Shown: positions 38,816-51,600 of the stretch, piece after piece | Numbering within the stretch: position 1 is the first letter of the stretch | Layout of the letters: every line of letters begins with the position of its first letter | Source: Salpingoeca rosetta | Lineage: Eukaryota > Protista > Choanoflagellata | Length of the DNA stretch: 64,000 nucleotides | Reading direction: 5' to 3' | Assembly (NCBI GenBank): GCA_033442325.1 | Contig: JAWQFM010000014.1 | Coordinates: 495,265-559,264 of the forward strand | Program-made: the position numbers and the translations under genes | Notes under the pieces: model-generated | Told to the model about the DNA's origin: nothing | The model's database searches: none | What the model saw: only the letters and a program-made list of their open reading frames with translations

Positions 38816-39381
38816 TTCACAGACACCCATCTCGACCCAACAAAAGCCATCATCATCATTCATCATTCATTGGCAAACCCCCCTACTCTTGCGTGCGTGC
38901 GCCTGTTCTTGCTTCCCCCTCTTCCCTTTTTTTTTTTTTTTCCGATGCTTCTGACCCTCAAGACCGCAACGGGTGCACCACATGCATGTATGTTGAACAC
39001 CCTTCACGTCCCCCCCCCCTCCGTGTTTACATGTGTGAAGCTTGCCGTTCCTGTTTTTGTGTTGTGTGCTTTCTCTTTCTCTCGCTGATTACGAACACAA
39101 AGCAAAAAGTCCAACAAAGCACAGCCATCAGAGTACATGCACAACACATGGGAAACTCATCACACACCAGCCGTGTGTGGGGTGAAGAGAAGGAAACGAC
39201 ACAGCCTAGGGTTCACAGTAACTGCGCCAACTGGCTGTTTTGAAACTCCCAACAAACACCCAGGTTGTCAAACAACTCAACCACAACACAACCATGTCAA
39301 ACCAGTAAACACACAAACCTTTCAGCTAACACCCACACACCCACACACCCACACCCACACCCACACCCACACACACGCACG

Positions 39382-42333
39382 CTAGGCAACGACGCCTGTG
39401 AGCGAGGAGCACATGAGGGCAACGCCGCGGCGGTAAAACACCTGCGGATCATCCACCCCCTGCGGCTGAAACTGCACCACCGCAATCAGGTTGGCGCGCG
39501 TCACGTTCAGGTACAGCGGTATCTGCACCGAGGTGGGCAGGTCTGTCTCGCCCTCCTTCGTGTACACCCAGCGCACGATCGTGAGCGCGTGGTTGGTGAA
39601 CGGCGTCTCCTCAAGATGCACGGTGCGGTTCTTGCACGCCGCGCCCTCGATCCGCAGGGCCGTCACAAAGAAGCTGTTTTCAACATCGCTCGGCACGTCC
39701 TTCTCCGACGCGCGCACATCCAGCGCAAGGGTGAGTGCTTCGAGCGGCCAGCTGTTGCGCTGCGCAACGGCCTGGCGCGTTGCGGTGATAAACGCCTCTG
39801 GCACAAACAGGCCGCCAATCCACACGCGGAAGGAGTCCAGGGACGCGCCGCGCTCCATGTGTTGCGCAATCTCATGCAGCTGCTTCACGCGCAGGGAGAA
39901 GTCGGCAATCCACAGCGTCACGGGCATGCCCTCAGGCACCTTGTAGCGGAGCCACGTCTTGTACACCGTGCCTGCAGCACGCGCGGGGATTTGGGAAAGG
40001 GTGGTGGTGTGAGAAGGAGCGAAGAGGGCGGCATGAAACAATTCGAGTGGGACCACATACGCAGCAGGAAAACAGGAAGACGAATACACACACGCACACA
40101 CACACGCACACACGCACACCCACACACCGACACACACACATCGACACACACACACACACACACATCGACACACACACACACACACACACCTTGTACGAGG
40201 GTGTGCATGAGGTTTCTCATGTGGTTGGTCTGCTTGATTTCGCCCTCGCAGCACTGGATGACGTTCTGCAAGTCTGTGCGCACTTGCTTGAGCAGGCTCA
40301 CGCCAATGGTCGTCTCGCGCTCGTAGAAACGGAACATCGGGTCCTTGATAGACGCCTCTGTGCGCTTGAGGTTGTGCAGCGTGGTGGGCAAGATGCCCAG
40401 CCACTGGTTGGCCTGCTCCTGCAACTGCCGCATCCACGCAGCCGTTGATGCTGCGCCTTCATCGGCAAGCTCGCCAAGGTCCGCAGTCACGTCTGTCGTC
40501 GTCTGTGGGTTGGGGCGAGGGGGAGGGTCGAAGTGCCGAAGGTGGTGAGGGTTGCGCAGTTGAGAATGTGATTCACAGAAGACACAAACGAGATGGAAAC
40601 CGAAGCTGTCGCCCACAATCACAATCACACACACGGACACGGACACAGACACAATCACACACGCACGCACGCACAAACGCACACACACACACACACACAC
40701 ACGCGCGCGCACACACACACATAGACACACACATCCCCTCCCCACACACAGCCTGCAGTGCGCATACCTGGAGCTTCATGGTGTTTACTGTGAGCATCTT
40801 GGCACGGTTGGTGAGGAGAACAACCTCTGCGTTGGCGGGGAGACCGAGCCACGTCGGCAGCTGTCCATCCGGCAGCGAATCGGCCCAGTGCAGCAGCTCC
40901 GTGCGTGTGGTCCCCTTTGGCGGCTTGATGGCAGACACGTTCGAGTCCTTGCCCGCCTCCACAAAGCAGAACTTGGGAGAGAAGCTGCAGACGGTCGCGC
41001 GGGTGTGTGTGTGTGAATGTGGGTGTGAATGTGGGTGTGAATGTGAATGGGTGAAGTGTGAGTGAATGAGACTGCAGCACACGTTGCAGGCTCAAACGAC
41101 GAAACCTCATCTCAACATCGACAAACATGTCGACGCAGCAACGCCATGTGTCGCCCACCTCTTCTGTGTAAAGAACTGGTCGACAAAGGCATCGAGGAGG
41201 CGCTGGTCAATCTCGTTATCGATGCGACCGCCGTACACAGACTTGGACAGCAGCGTCCGCATCGCCTCCCACGGCAGGTCCGCCGCATCCACGCTTGCCC
41301 TGTCCAGGGTGGTGCGAGGTTGAGACGGGACAACGCGCAATTGCATGGGCAAGGATGGTGTGAGTGGTGGATGCCTGGCAACGGCCAATCAGACGACCTC
41401 AACACAAACAGGAACAAAGCAACAATACAAGCAGAAACAGCAGCAGCAACAACGGCGACGACAATAACAACTTAAACAACAACAATCTAAACAACAACAA
41501 CAACAACAACAACTTAAACAACAACAACAACAACAACTTAAACAACAACATCATCATCATCAACAACAACAACAACAACAACAACTTAAACAACAACAAC
41601 TTAAACAACAACAACTTAAACAACAACAACAACAACCTTCCAGCTCAAAAACCAACATCTCCTCCCCACGTGTCCAAAAACGTACTGTCCGTTGGAGGTG
41701 CGATCAATCCACTTGTCGATGGTGTCAGCGGAGGTGCGCAGGTCCGGCTCGCCAAACTCGTAGCGCTTCGACCAGCCGAGCGGCGCATACCGCAGGCGCT
41801 CCTGCGTCACGGCGTGGAACCAGGCCAGCAGCAGGTACACCATGCCGCGCTGCTTGGGGGCGGCGTCGACGCGGTCGTGGAAGTTGAGTAGCGTTCGCTT
41901 GACCGACGCCTTCACGCCCGCCGCGGCCTCGTACAGGAACACGCGGGCAGCGCGGATCATGTTGATGGGCAGCTTGGGGCTGATCTCCGAGGTGAGGAAG
42001 AGGCGGAAGTCCGGGTGCGGCGTTGTGGACGTAAGCTTCTTCTCAACCACGGTCAGCAAGTCTGGCGCGAGGTGCACGTTCTTCAGCATGACCCAGCGGC
42101 CGGAGGAGATGCCCGCCGTCACAGCAGCAATCGCCTCCCGTCGCGCCTGCACAGAAGCATGGAATGAGGAGGAAATGAGAGGAGGGGAGCGGGACGAGTG
42201 TGATGAGAAGGGGTGAAGGGGTTGAATTGGGTTTGAGGCTTGAAGTGAGACACCAAGGGTTCATGAACAACGCATGAAAGCGTCACAAACAACATCGATC
42301 AAGCAACGCACACACATGCAGCATGGATACACC

Positions 42334-42422
<89 letters not shown>

Positions 42423-42615
42423 NNNNNNNNNNNNNNNNNNNNNNNNNNNNNNNNNNNNNNNNNNNNNNNNNNNNNNNNNNNNNNNNNNNNNNNNNNNNNN
42501 NNNNNNNNNNNNNNNNNNNNNNTTTGGACATACGGCAGCAGCGCTCGTCACCATCTATAACCCCTCTCACAAGACCGCATCAGCAACGGTGTGCTTTTGT
42601 GTGACCTGCCAATGT

Positions 42616-42660
<45 letters not shown>

Positions 42661-45600
42661 GCACGCACGCACGCACGCACGTCAGCACTGCCGACGGCAA
42701 TGGGCAGAATGTCCTTTCCAGCGGCAGCGGCGCAGTCGTCAACCTTGACGGAGGTGTCAAAGCCCTTGACACCACACAGGAGCACAGGCACGCTCGCCTT
42801 GATCTCCGTGGTCACCACATGCTGCAGATCGGCCTCCGACGAGGAGCTGGCAAAGCCCTTGCCCAGAATGTGCTCCACAAACACGTGCATGTGCGCCAGC
42901 AAGCGGTCTGGTCGTGCGGCCTGCAGGAACAGCAGCTCCCGCAGCAGCCGGTACGGCACAGACTGCGGCGCGTCGCTGTGCAGCGCAGACACAAACTTGG
43001 GCAGCTCAAGCTCCGGCCGCGCCAGCGCTATCCAGTGCGCAAACTCACCCTGGTGGCCCTTGATCTCCGCCAGGAGGTCTCCAAACGCCGGCACGTTGTC
43101 GCGCAGCTGGTGCAGCGCGTTGGCCTGCTCCTCCGTGGCCGCGCTCGGCACCAGGAAGGCAAAGTCGGACTTGCCCAGCAGCACGCCGCCGCCAGAGAGG
43201 AAGTAGCGCAGGTCCTTCTCCGGCAGCTGGTCGTCCGTGCCCTCCACGCGGAAGCGCGCAAACGTCAGTGCAAGTGGCAGGCGGTGCTCGTGCATCATGC
43301 CTGGTGCAACGCGCTCGTACACAAACTGGAACAGGCTGTCATTGATCACGCGCAGCCGCTCGTCGTGGTCTGTCAGGCCCTCCAGCCGCGGGTTCGCCTG
43401 CAGCGTCTCCAGGAAAATGTCCAGGAAGAAGCGCAGCGAGTACTGGTAGAGAAAGTGCATGTGCGCCATCTGCTGCAACGTGAAGTAAATGGAGCTGCAG
43501 CGCTGCGCCAGCGGCTGGTACATGCGGCTCGTCTTCTCCACCGTCGCCATCACCGTGTCTGTCTCGTCCACCTTGGCCTGCACCTCCATGGCGCGGTTCT
43601 TCAGCTTCTCCAGGTGCGTGATGACCTTGTCGTCGTCCAGGATGCTGCCCTCCGCCTTGTTCAGCGCGTCCAACAGCTGGTTCTCCAGGTTGAGCAGCTC
43701 CAGCCTAAACTCGCCCTGCTGCCGCAGCAGGTCTGTGCGCTGCTCGTCAACGTCCGGCCGCTCGTACCGCAGCGCCTGGTTCAGGCACTGCGTCTGCAGC
43801 GACCCGGGCGTGACGGTGAAGTTGATGAGCGTGACGCGGCTGCAAATGTCCATGGGGAACTGCACCGCCGGGTTCTTCGTGATGAGCTTCATGGAGAAGG
43901 TGGGCGAGAGGTCAATGTCCTTGCCAGCCAGGTTGATCATGATGCGGCCGCCCTTGCGCTGCACGTCGTTGGTCAGGATCGGGTTCAGCAGCGCATCAAA
44001 CTTCTCCGCGTCCTGGATCAGCAGGTCCGTGCCAAACCGGATGGCGCTCTCCACGTCCTTGCGCAGCTTCACGGGGTCCAGGAACGACGTCACCACCATC
44101 TTGTTGTCCGCGTTGTACTCGCGCATGATAAACTCAGCCGCCTGCCCCGCCGGGTCAATCACCAGCGGCGTGCGGATGCTGCGGCTCAGCATCACCGCGT
44201 TCTGCGAACACAGCTCGTCCTCCGGCAGCGCGTTTGTCTTCCAGCGCAGCCGGTCGTCCGGGGAGGACAGGTACTCCGGGATGCCGTCCTCGACCCCCGG
44301 CTTGAACTCGATGCGCGCCTTGGACAGGTGCGTGATCCAACGCGCGAGGAGGGCGCTGCGGTAGCTCTGGTCAAAATAGCCCGCGTATCCAACAAACGCC
44401 GCGCTGATGAGGCAGTCGCCGATGATGGTGGACATTTGTGCGTCAAAGTCGGCGGCGCTCGTCGTCCAGCGGTCCTTCTCGCTGGCCAGGTTCTCCAGCA
44501 GCTTCTCGCTGCGCGACACCTTGTCCGACACCGTGGTGAGGTCGTTCTTGATGGCCTCCTGCTCGCTGATGAGGACGGCGTACTCCGCCTCGTACGTCTT
44601 GATGGTCTCCTCGAGCTCCGCCACCAGCACCTGCAGCGCGTCCTGCTGCTCCCGCATGGCCATCGACTCCTCCTCCAGCTGCCGCAGCTCGTTGTTGAGC
44701 GGCTCCACCTTCAGCAGCTGCTTTGCGTACGCCATCTGCGCGTTGGCCCACTTGACCAGCGGGCCTGCGGCCTTGCTGGCGCGGTTGGCCTTCTCAAACG
44801 TAAACAGCTCGTTGGTCAGGTACGAGCTCTCCATCTTGCCCATAATCTTGCTGGTGATGGAGTTGGAGTCAAAGTTCATCACGTCCGAGGTGAAGTGGTC
44901 CTGGGCGATGATGCTGCGGATCTTCTTCCAGTCGGTCGTGTGCTTGCCCAGCAGCGTCACCACGCCCTCCAGCGCCACCTGCACCGCCTGCGGCGGCTTG
45001 GCCAGCGTGCGAATCTCCTGCAGGTCGCGCTTCTTGATGCCCTTGACGGCCGCCTTGGCTTCCTCAACAGCGGGCGCAACCGCCGCCAGCTCGGCCTCCA
45101 CCTCGGCCTTGCGCGCGTCCGCCTGCTCCTGCTTCGCCTGCAGCTCCTTGTCGATGTTCAGCGACTCCTCGCGCTTGGCGTTGGCCGCCTGCTTCTTGCT
45201 CAGCATCAGGTCCAGCTTCTCCTTGGCCGCCTTGGACTTGGCCTCCAGCTGCTGCTTCTTCTCCGCCAGCGTCACCTGCAGCTCCGCGACCGTGTCCCGC
45301 GTCTCGTCAATCTTCGTCACGCCGTTCAGCAGGTGGCTCTTCTGCGCCTCCAGGTCCTTGCGCTTCTCCGTGTGGAAGCGCGACAGCTGCGCCACAAACT
45401 CCAGGAAGTGGCGCGGCGTGATGTCCGTGGAGCGGCCCTCCTGCTTCAGCAGCTGCCGCGCAGCCGCCTTGGCCGTCTTGTGCACAAACACGGCCGCGTT
45501 GTGCACGGCGTCCGCGTGCGACGGCGTGGCGTCCTGCAGGGCGTCCACCACCACGGGGAAGTCCATGGGCGGCTCGTACTCCGGCTTGGCGAGCGGCACC

Positions 45601-48600
45601 TGCGCGGAGAGCTCGGCCGCCACGCGGAACAGCGCAGAGTCGGGCCAGTCGCCAAACCAGTCCAGCACGCAGCGGTTGAAGAGGGCGGGCGAGGTGGTCG
45701 CCCGGTCCTGCATGCCGCCTTCCGCCGGGCACATGGTAAACACAATGTGCAGGTTGTCCATGACGTTCTGGGAGAACCAGCGGTAGAGCTCCTCGTTGTC
45801 GTCCAAGTGCAGGTTCTGCCGGCGCGACGCCTCCTTGCACTTGGTCATGAGGGCGGAAAAGTCGTCCCCTTCAAACAGGCCCGGCACCTCGCCGTTGGCC
45901 AGCAGCGTGTTCATGCGCTCCAGGAACGCCGTGTCGGTGATGTTCGACTCGTCCAGGATGAACACAATCTTCTCGCCCTCCACACCGGAGCGCTTGAGCA
46001 GCTCGCGCAGGTCCGCATCAAAGTCGTCGGGCGTGTACAGGTTGTGCGACTTGATCTGCACCACGGTGAGCTGGTTCATCCATGCCACAAAGCGGGACAG
46101 CGTTGTGCGGCCGCACCCGCTCACGCCAATGAGCAGCATGTGGCCCTGGTTCTGGCGGAACACGCGGTCGATGCGCAGCACGTGGTCCAGCACCTCGTCA
46201 AACAGCACCAGGTTCAGGTCCACCTGCTCCTCCGTAAACGACTTGAGCTTCTCCCGCACAAACTCGCGCAGGTCCTCCTGATCCACGGGGCCGTACTCGT
46301 GCGTGAGCCAGTCGCTGAACAGGATGGGCCGCTGCAGCGCCGCCCGCATGTCGATGCCGGGGAAGTGCTCCTTGGCCACGTCGTCCACCTTCTCGTCCGT
46401 CCACTGCCGCTCGTCGTCGCCGACCAGGCGGTCCTGGAACAGCCGCAGCGCCTCGTGCGCCCACACGCGCACCAGCCCGTTCAGGTCCAGCGGGGTGCCG
46501 CTGCGGGCGAGCGGGGTGATGGCCTCCGCCACGCCCTTCACCCAGCGCGTCATCTCGCGCGGGGAGTAGATGTAGTGCGGCTGCACGTCCGCCGTGAACC
46601 GCCGCTGCGACTGCGAGTAGAAGGACACCATGGCGTCCGTCAGGTTGTCCGCGTAGCGCTCGAGCGACGGGTGCATGCGCAGGATGGCGCGGTTGAACGT
46701 GCCGTAAATCTGGCGCAGGGACTCCGCGCCGGGGTAGTCCACGTACACCACGGGCACGTGGCGCAGAAAGCGGTGGGCGAGCGGCACGCGGCCAGGGTCC
46801 GTCGGCGGGTTGCACGCGCCAACAAACTGGATGCGCTCCAGCTTGACCCAGCGCCGGTCCTCCGTGCGCCAGAACCCGCCGTGCTCCACCAGCTGGCGGA
46901 TGAACGTGATCACGCGCACCGTGTTGTACTTGTCGGGTGCGGGCAGGTTGCACTCGTCCATGAAGATGACCAGCCACTTGTTGAGCTGCGCGGGCGCGAG
47001 CACCAGGCCGTTGGGCGTTGTGCGGTACTCGCAGTACTGGTCAAACGTCTTCATAATCAGCTCGGGCGTCGTGCTGCTGCTGAAGTTGAGGCCGGCCACC
47101 TCAAAGTGCGGCAGTGCGCGCAGGGCGCTGAACAGCGTCATGGTCTTGCCGGAGCCCGGCGGGCCACAAAGCACAATGGGCAGGTGCTCGCTCAGCCACG
47201 TGTACAGCAGGTCCTCGTGGCGCACCGTATCCAGGGTGGGCACGACGACGCTGGTGCCGGACACCTTCTCCGCCTCAATCTCGATGCGCGGGACGTCGTG
47301 GGTCCACGGCTGCCACTGCGCGTCCGGCAGGGTGACCTTGAAGTCGATGATGGCGCCCTGCTCCACGGGCGGCAGCTCCACGGTGGTGCTCTCCGTCAGG
47401 AAGCGGCTCAGCTCCGTGCGCACGTCCCCGCGCGAGTCGCCGACGAGGCACCACATGAGCGAGTACATGAAGCGCTTGCTCGTGTACTCCTTCACCTGGT
47501 CCTCCGTGAGCTGGAAGTCCGGGTGTGTGGCGTTGTACTCCGTGATGGAGCGCGCCGTCTGGTTGAGCATGCTGAAGAGTGCGTTGATGCAGCGGCCGTC
47601 CGTGTAGTCCATCACGTGGAACAGCGACCTGGCGTACTGCAGGGAGCGCGTGACCAGGCCGTCCTCCTCAAAGAAGGGCTCCAGCGTGTCGGCCACCTTG
47701 CGCTGCGCAGCCAGGCCCTCGGCCTTGTCTGCCTGCGTCTGGCTCATGTCGCTGTCCACGGGCACGTTGCGCAGGAGCCGCAGGAAGCGCTTGTAGTGCA
47801 CCTGCAGCGTGAGCACGTCCTCGCTGAACCAGATCATGCCGCAGCGCGAGACGGTGGCCAGCGTGGCGTTCTTCAGGTCCTGCACCTCAAACAGGATGCG
47901 GATGTTGCTGGGCAGGTTGAGCCGCTCGCCGTTGGGCAGCGTCAGCAGCTTGTTGTCGTCCAGCACGCTGTTCAGGTTCTCCACCCACTCCGGGTCCACG
48001 TCGCCGTCAAAGATGATCCACTGGCGCCGATTGCGCTCGCCACGCACGTCGTCAATCACCTTGCGCACGATGGAGGTGAACAGGCCGTCTGTCCACTCGC
48101 GCGTGGTCGGGTCGAGGAAGCCGTACAGCTCCTCCTTGGTGATGGCCTTGGGGTCAATCACGTACTCCTCGGCCTCCCTCTGCTCCAGGCGCCGCAGGGC
48201 CTCCAGCAGCACGCGCCAGGCAACCGACTTGCCGACGCCAGAGGGGCCGACCAGCATCAGCCCGTGGTTGAGCTGCGTCACCTGGTACACCTGCAGCACC
48301 TTGTTGAGCCACGTCTTCGAGGGCACGTAGTGCTGCTCCTCGCACACCTCCAGGATCTTGGCCTCCAGTTCGGCCAGCGGAATTTCGGGCCGCTGCACCC
48401 CGGGGAACACGTCGGTCAGCAGGCTGTCCAGCAAGGGGATGTCCTGGGCCACCAGCTTGGGGATCATGGTCTGGGTGATGCTCTGAATTACCACCTCCTG
48501 CTCGTCAATGGCGGAGGCCACTTCCTCCTCATCCACGCTGCCGCGCTCCTCCCGCATCTTCTGGCGCAGCGCGGCCAGGCGCTCGCGCTTGATGTTGCCC

Positions 48601-51600
48601 GCGCTGACGAGCACGGCCTTGAGGGAGCGCAGGCCAAAGTCGTAGTGCGACTGCGCGGAGAGCTGCTCCTGGCACAGGATGAACAGGGGTACGACCTTGC
48701 GCGAGAGCTGCTCCGCGGTGCGGAACCCCTGCGAGAAGAGCATAACCTGGGCAATCAGCTGCCTGTCCGGCTTGGTCATGGCCAGGTTGCGGAAGAGCTT
48801 CTTGAGGTTGTCCGGTAGCGGGGAGCGGCCCGCGTAGCCCGGGTTCATGGTGATGAAGATGGCCATGCTCGGGTTCACGGACACGGTGCGGCCTTGAAGC
48901 GACACGGTCATGGCCTGGCGGGCGGCCTCGCCCTCCAGCATGCCGCCGGCCTTGATGGCCAGCTGGATGCTCTCAATCTGCTGCGACACCGCCGAGAGCA
49001 TGCTCTCCTCCAGGCGGTTGAACTCGTCAAAGCAGCCCCACGCGCCCACCTGGCACAGGCCCACGAAGATGCGGCCCATGGCGTGGTTGTCAAACGTCTC
49101 GTCGCAGTTGAACACCAGCACGAAGCGGCCCAGCTGCGCGCCAAGCGCCTTGACAGACTCCGTCTTGCCCGTGCCTGCGGGGCCAAAGGGGCTGCCGCCC
49201 TGCCGGGCAGCGAGGGCCTGTGTCATGGTGAGGAAGCAGCGGTCCGTGAGCGGCGTCTGCACAAGCTTGTCCACGAGCCCCAGGTACTCAAACCCGTAGA
49301 AGAGGCTCACGTCCGCCATCTTGATGGACAGCTGCTGCAGCACGTCCGTGTTGTACGCGTCAAACTCAAAGCGCATGTTCTGCAACCACCTAAAGTCGGT
49401 GACGGCCGCCACGCGCTCGTCAATGAGGCCGCGGGTGAGGTCGCGCTTGTGCACGAGCTCCGTGATCATCTGCTCCAGCTTCTTGCGGCGGATGGGCGGC
49501 TGGTGCTGCAGCACCGTGTCGGCCAGGGCGTTGAGGGTGGTGATGACGGCGTCCAGTTGCTCCTTCAAGCCCTGCTTGCCGCCGCCCGAGACGAGCGCCT
49601 GCTGCACGCTCTCGGACCACGCCACCTGCGCGCTGAGCACGACAATCTGCGCCTGGAAGGCGTCGAGCCACTTGAGGTAGGAGGAGAGCTCAAAGGAGGT
49701 GGCCAGGTGCTTGATCTGCGTGGTGGAGCGGTTGAGCAGCGAGGCCAGCGCCACCTTCATCTCCTCCTCCAGCGCGGTGAGCCAGGCGTTGATCTTCCTG
49801 TCCTTCACCTGCACGTTGTTGGTGAAGGGGACCACCTCGCCCTCGCGCGAGAGCAGCGCCTTTGCGGCGTCGCCCTGCTCCGTCAGCTCGACGCTGTTCA
49901 GGCCCGCGAACATCTTGCGGAAGTGCTTCTGGATGCGGTCCACGTTCTTGCCGTTGCCGATAATGTCAAGCAGGTCCTCGTCGCCCACAAAGTAGAAGCG
50001 CGGGAACGACGCGCGCTCCTGCTCCAGGTACTTGCTCAGCGCCTTCTGGATCTTGTCCAGGACGTCCTTGAAGTGGTGCAGCGTGCGCTCGAGGTTGGGG
50101 ATGTTGAGCACCTCCAGCACCATCGGGTTCTTGGACACCTTGCGCATCAGCGCCACAAACTCGTTGCTCAGGCCCATAAACTTGTTTGTCTCCGTGGGCA
50201 GGAGGACCTTGAGGTCAGCGCTGCCGGTGAAGATGCCCTCCAGGTACACCCACTGGCGCTGCACGTCGATCCACACGTCGTAGAAGAGGGTGTACAGGGT
50301 GTTGAGGCGGTTTTCCCAGGCCAGGGCCTCCTCCTCAAACACCTTGTAGTAAGGGGACAGCTTCATCTGCGCCAGGTTGTTGATGTGGTCCTTGGCCAGC
50401 GTGAAGAGGTCGTCCCAGCCCTTGATGAGCTTGGTTTTGTTCTGGTAGTTGACCATCTCCAGCTCGTACGCCTGCCAGGCCTCCTTGATCTGCTTCAGGA
50501 ACACCTCCAGCGCCTTCTCGCCCTGCGCCTGCAGCACGACGCGGTTGATGGCCTCTGCGTTGCGCTCCAGGTCCACCGCCCACACCTGGCCCAGCGTGAG
50601 CGTGACCATGTCCCACGACACGCCCAGCTCCGAGGTGAGCATCTTCCAGTGGCGGCTGGTGAGCGTGTCGCCGCGCAGCACGCTGATGGTCTCGTTGACC
50701 TTGATGTAGGAGCGCGCCTGCTGCAGCAGGTACTCGTAGGCCTCGTACGACTTGACGCGCGCGGGCATGCGCTTGAGCTCGTCCACGATGCCGTTGAGCT
50801 GGCTGCGCAGCTTGGTGGGCACGACGGCGCCCCACTCCGTGGCCTTGAGGTCGGACATGTGCTCCACGACGCGCGACAGGTCGTGCCAGGAGCCCTTGAG
50901 CTCCATCAGCTCCTCCATGCGCGAGGGCAGCCGCGTGTCCTCCTTGATGTCCAGGTCGAGCGCCGTCTTGGCGCGCACCAGGTTCTCGTACTCGTCCCTG
51001 AGGCGGGTGAACCTGCCCTGGAAGATGTTGAGCACGTTGACGGCCTCGGCCGGGTTGACGTCGCCGCCCATGGGCTTGTTCTTGTCCCAGTCCGCCACCA
51101 GCTCCGCAATCTGCGCCTCAATCTGCCGCTCCTCGGAGACGACGCGCATCTGCAGGCTGGTCACCTGGCCCGCAATGGCCGTGTGCCTGCGCTCCAGGAT
51201 GCTCAGGAACGCCTCCCACTCGCCCTCGAGCTGCTGCACGCGCAGCCAGTCGCTGGGGAAGGGGAACCGCTGCCGCTCCAGCAGCTTCTCGCCAGAGACG
51301 AAGCACTCAAACTGGGCGGTGAGCGGCTTGACGCGCTTCTTGGCGCCCTGGATGACGCCAATGTAGGTGATGCTGTCGGATGTCTTGGCAGCCTCCAGCG
51401 ACATGGCCTCCAGCTTCTCCCGCAGGCCGTGCACCTCGTTGTAGAAGCGGGACATGTGGTCGGCCATGGACGTGGCAAAGTGGCCGATAATCTCGCGGTG
51501 GATGGCGTCGTACTTCATGGCCACGCGCGTCTGCACCTGGCTGTACTCAATGTCCACCGCCGCCAGCGCCTTGCTCGTCTCGGACGTGTCAAAGTGGCGG

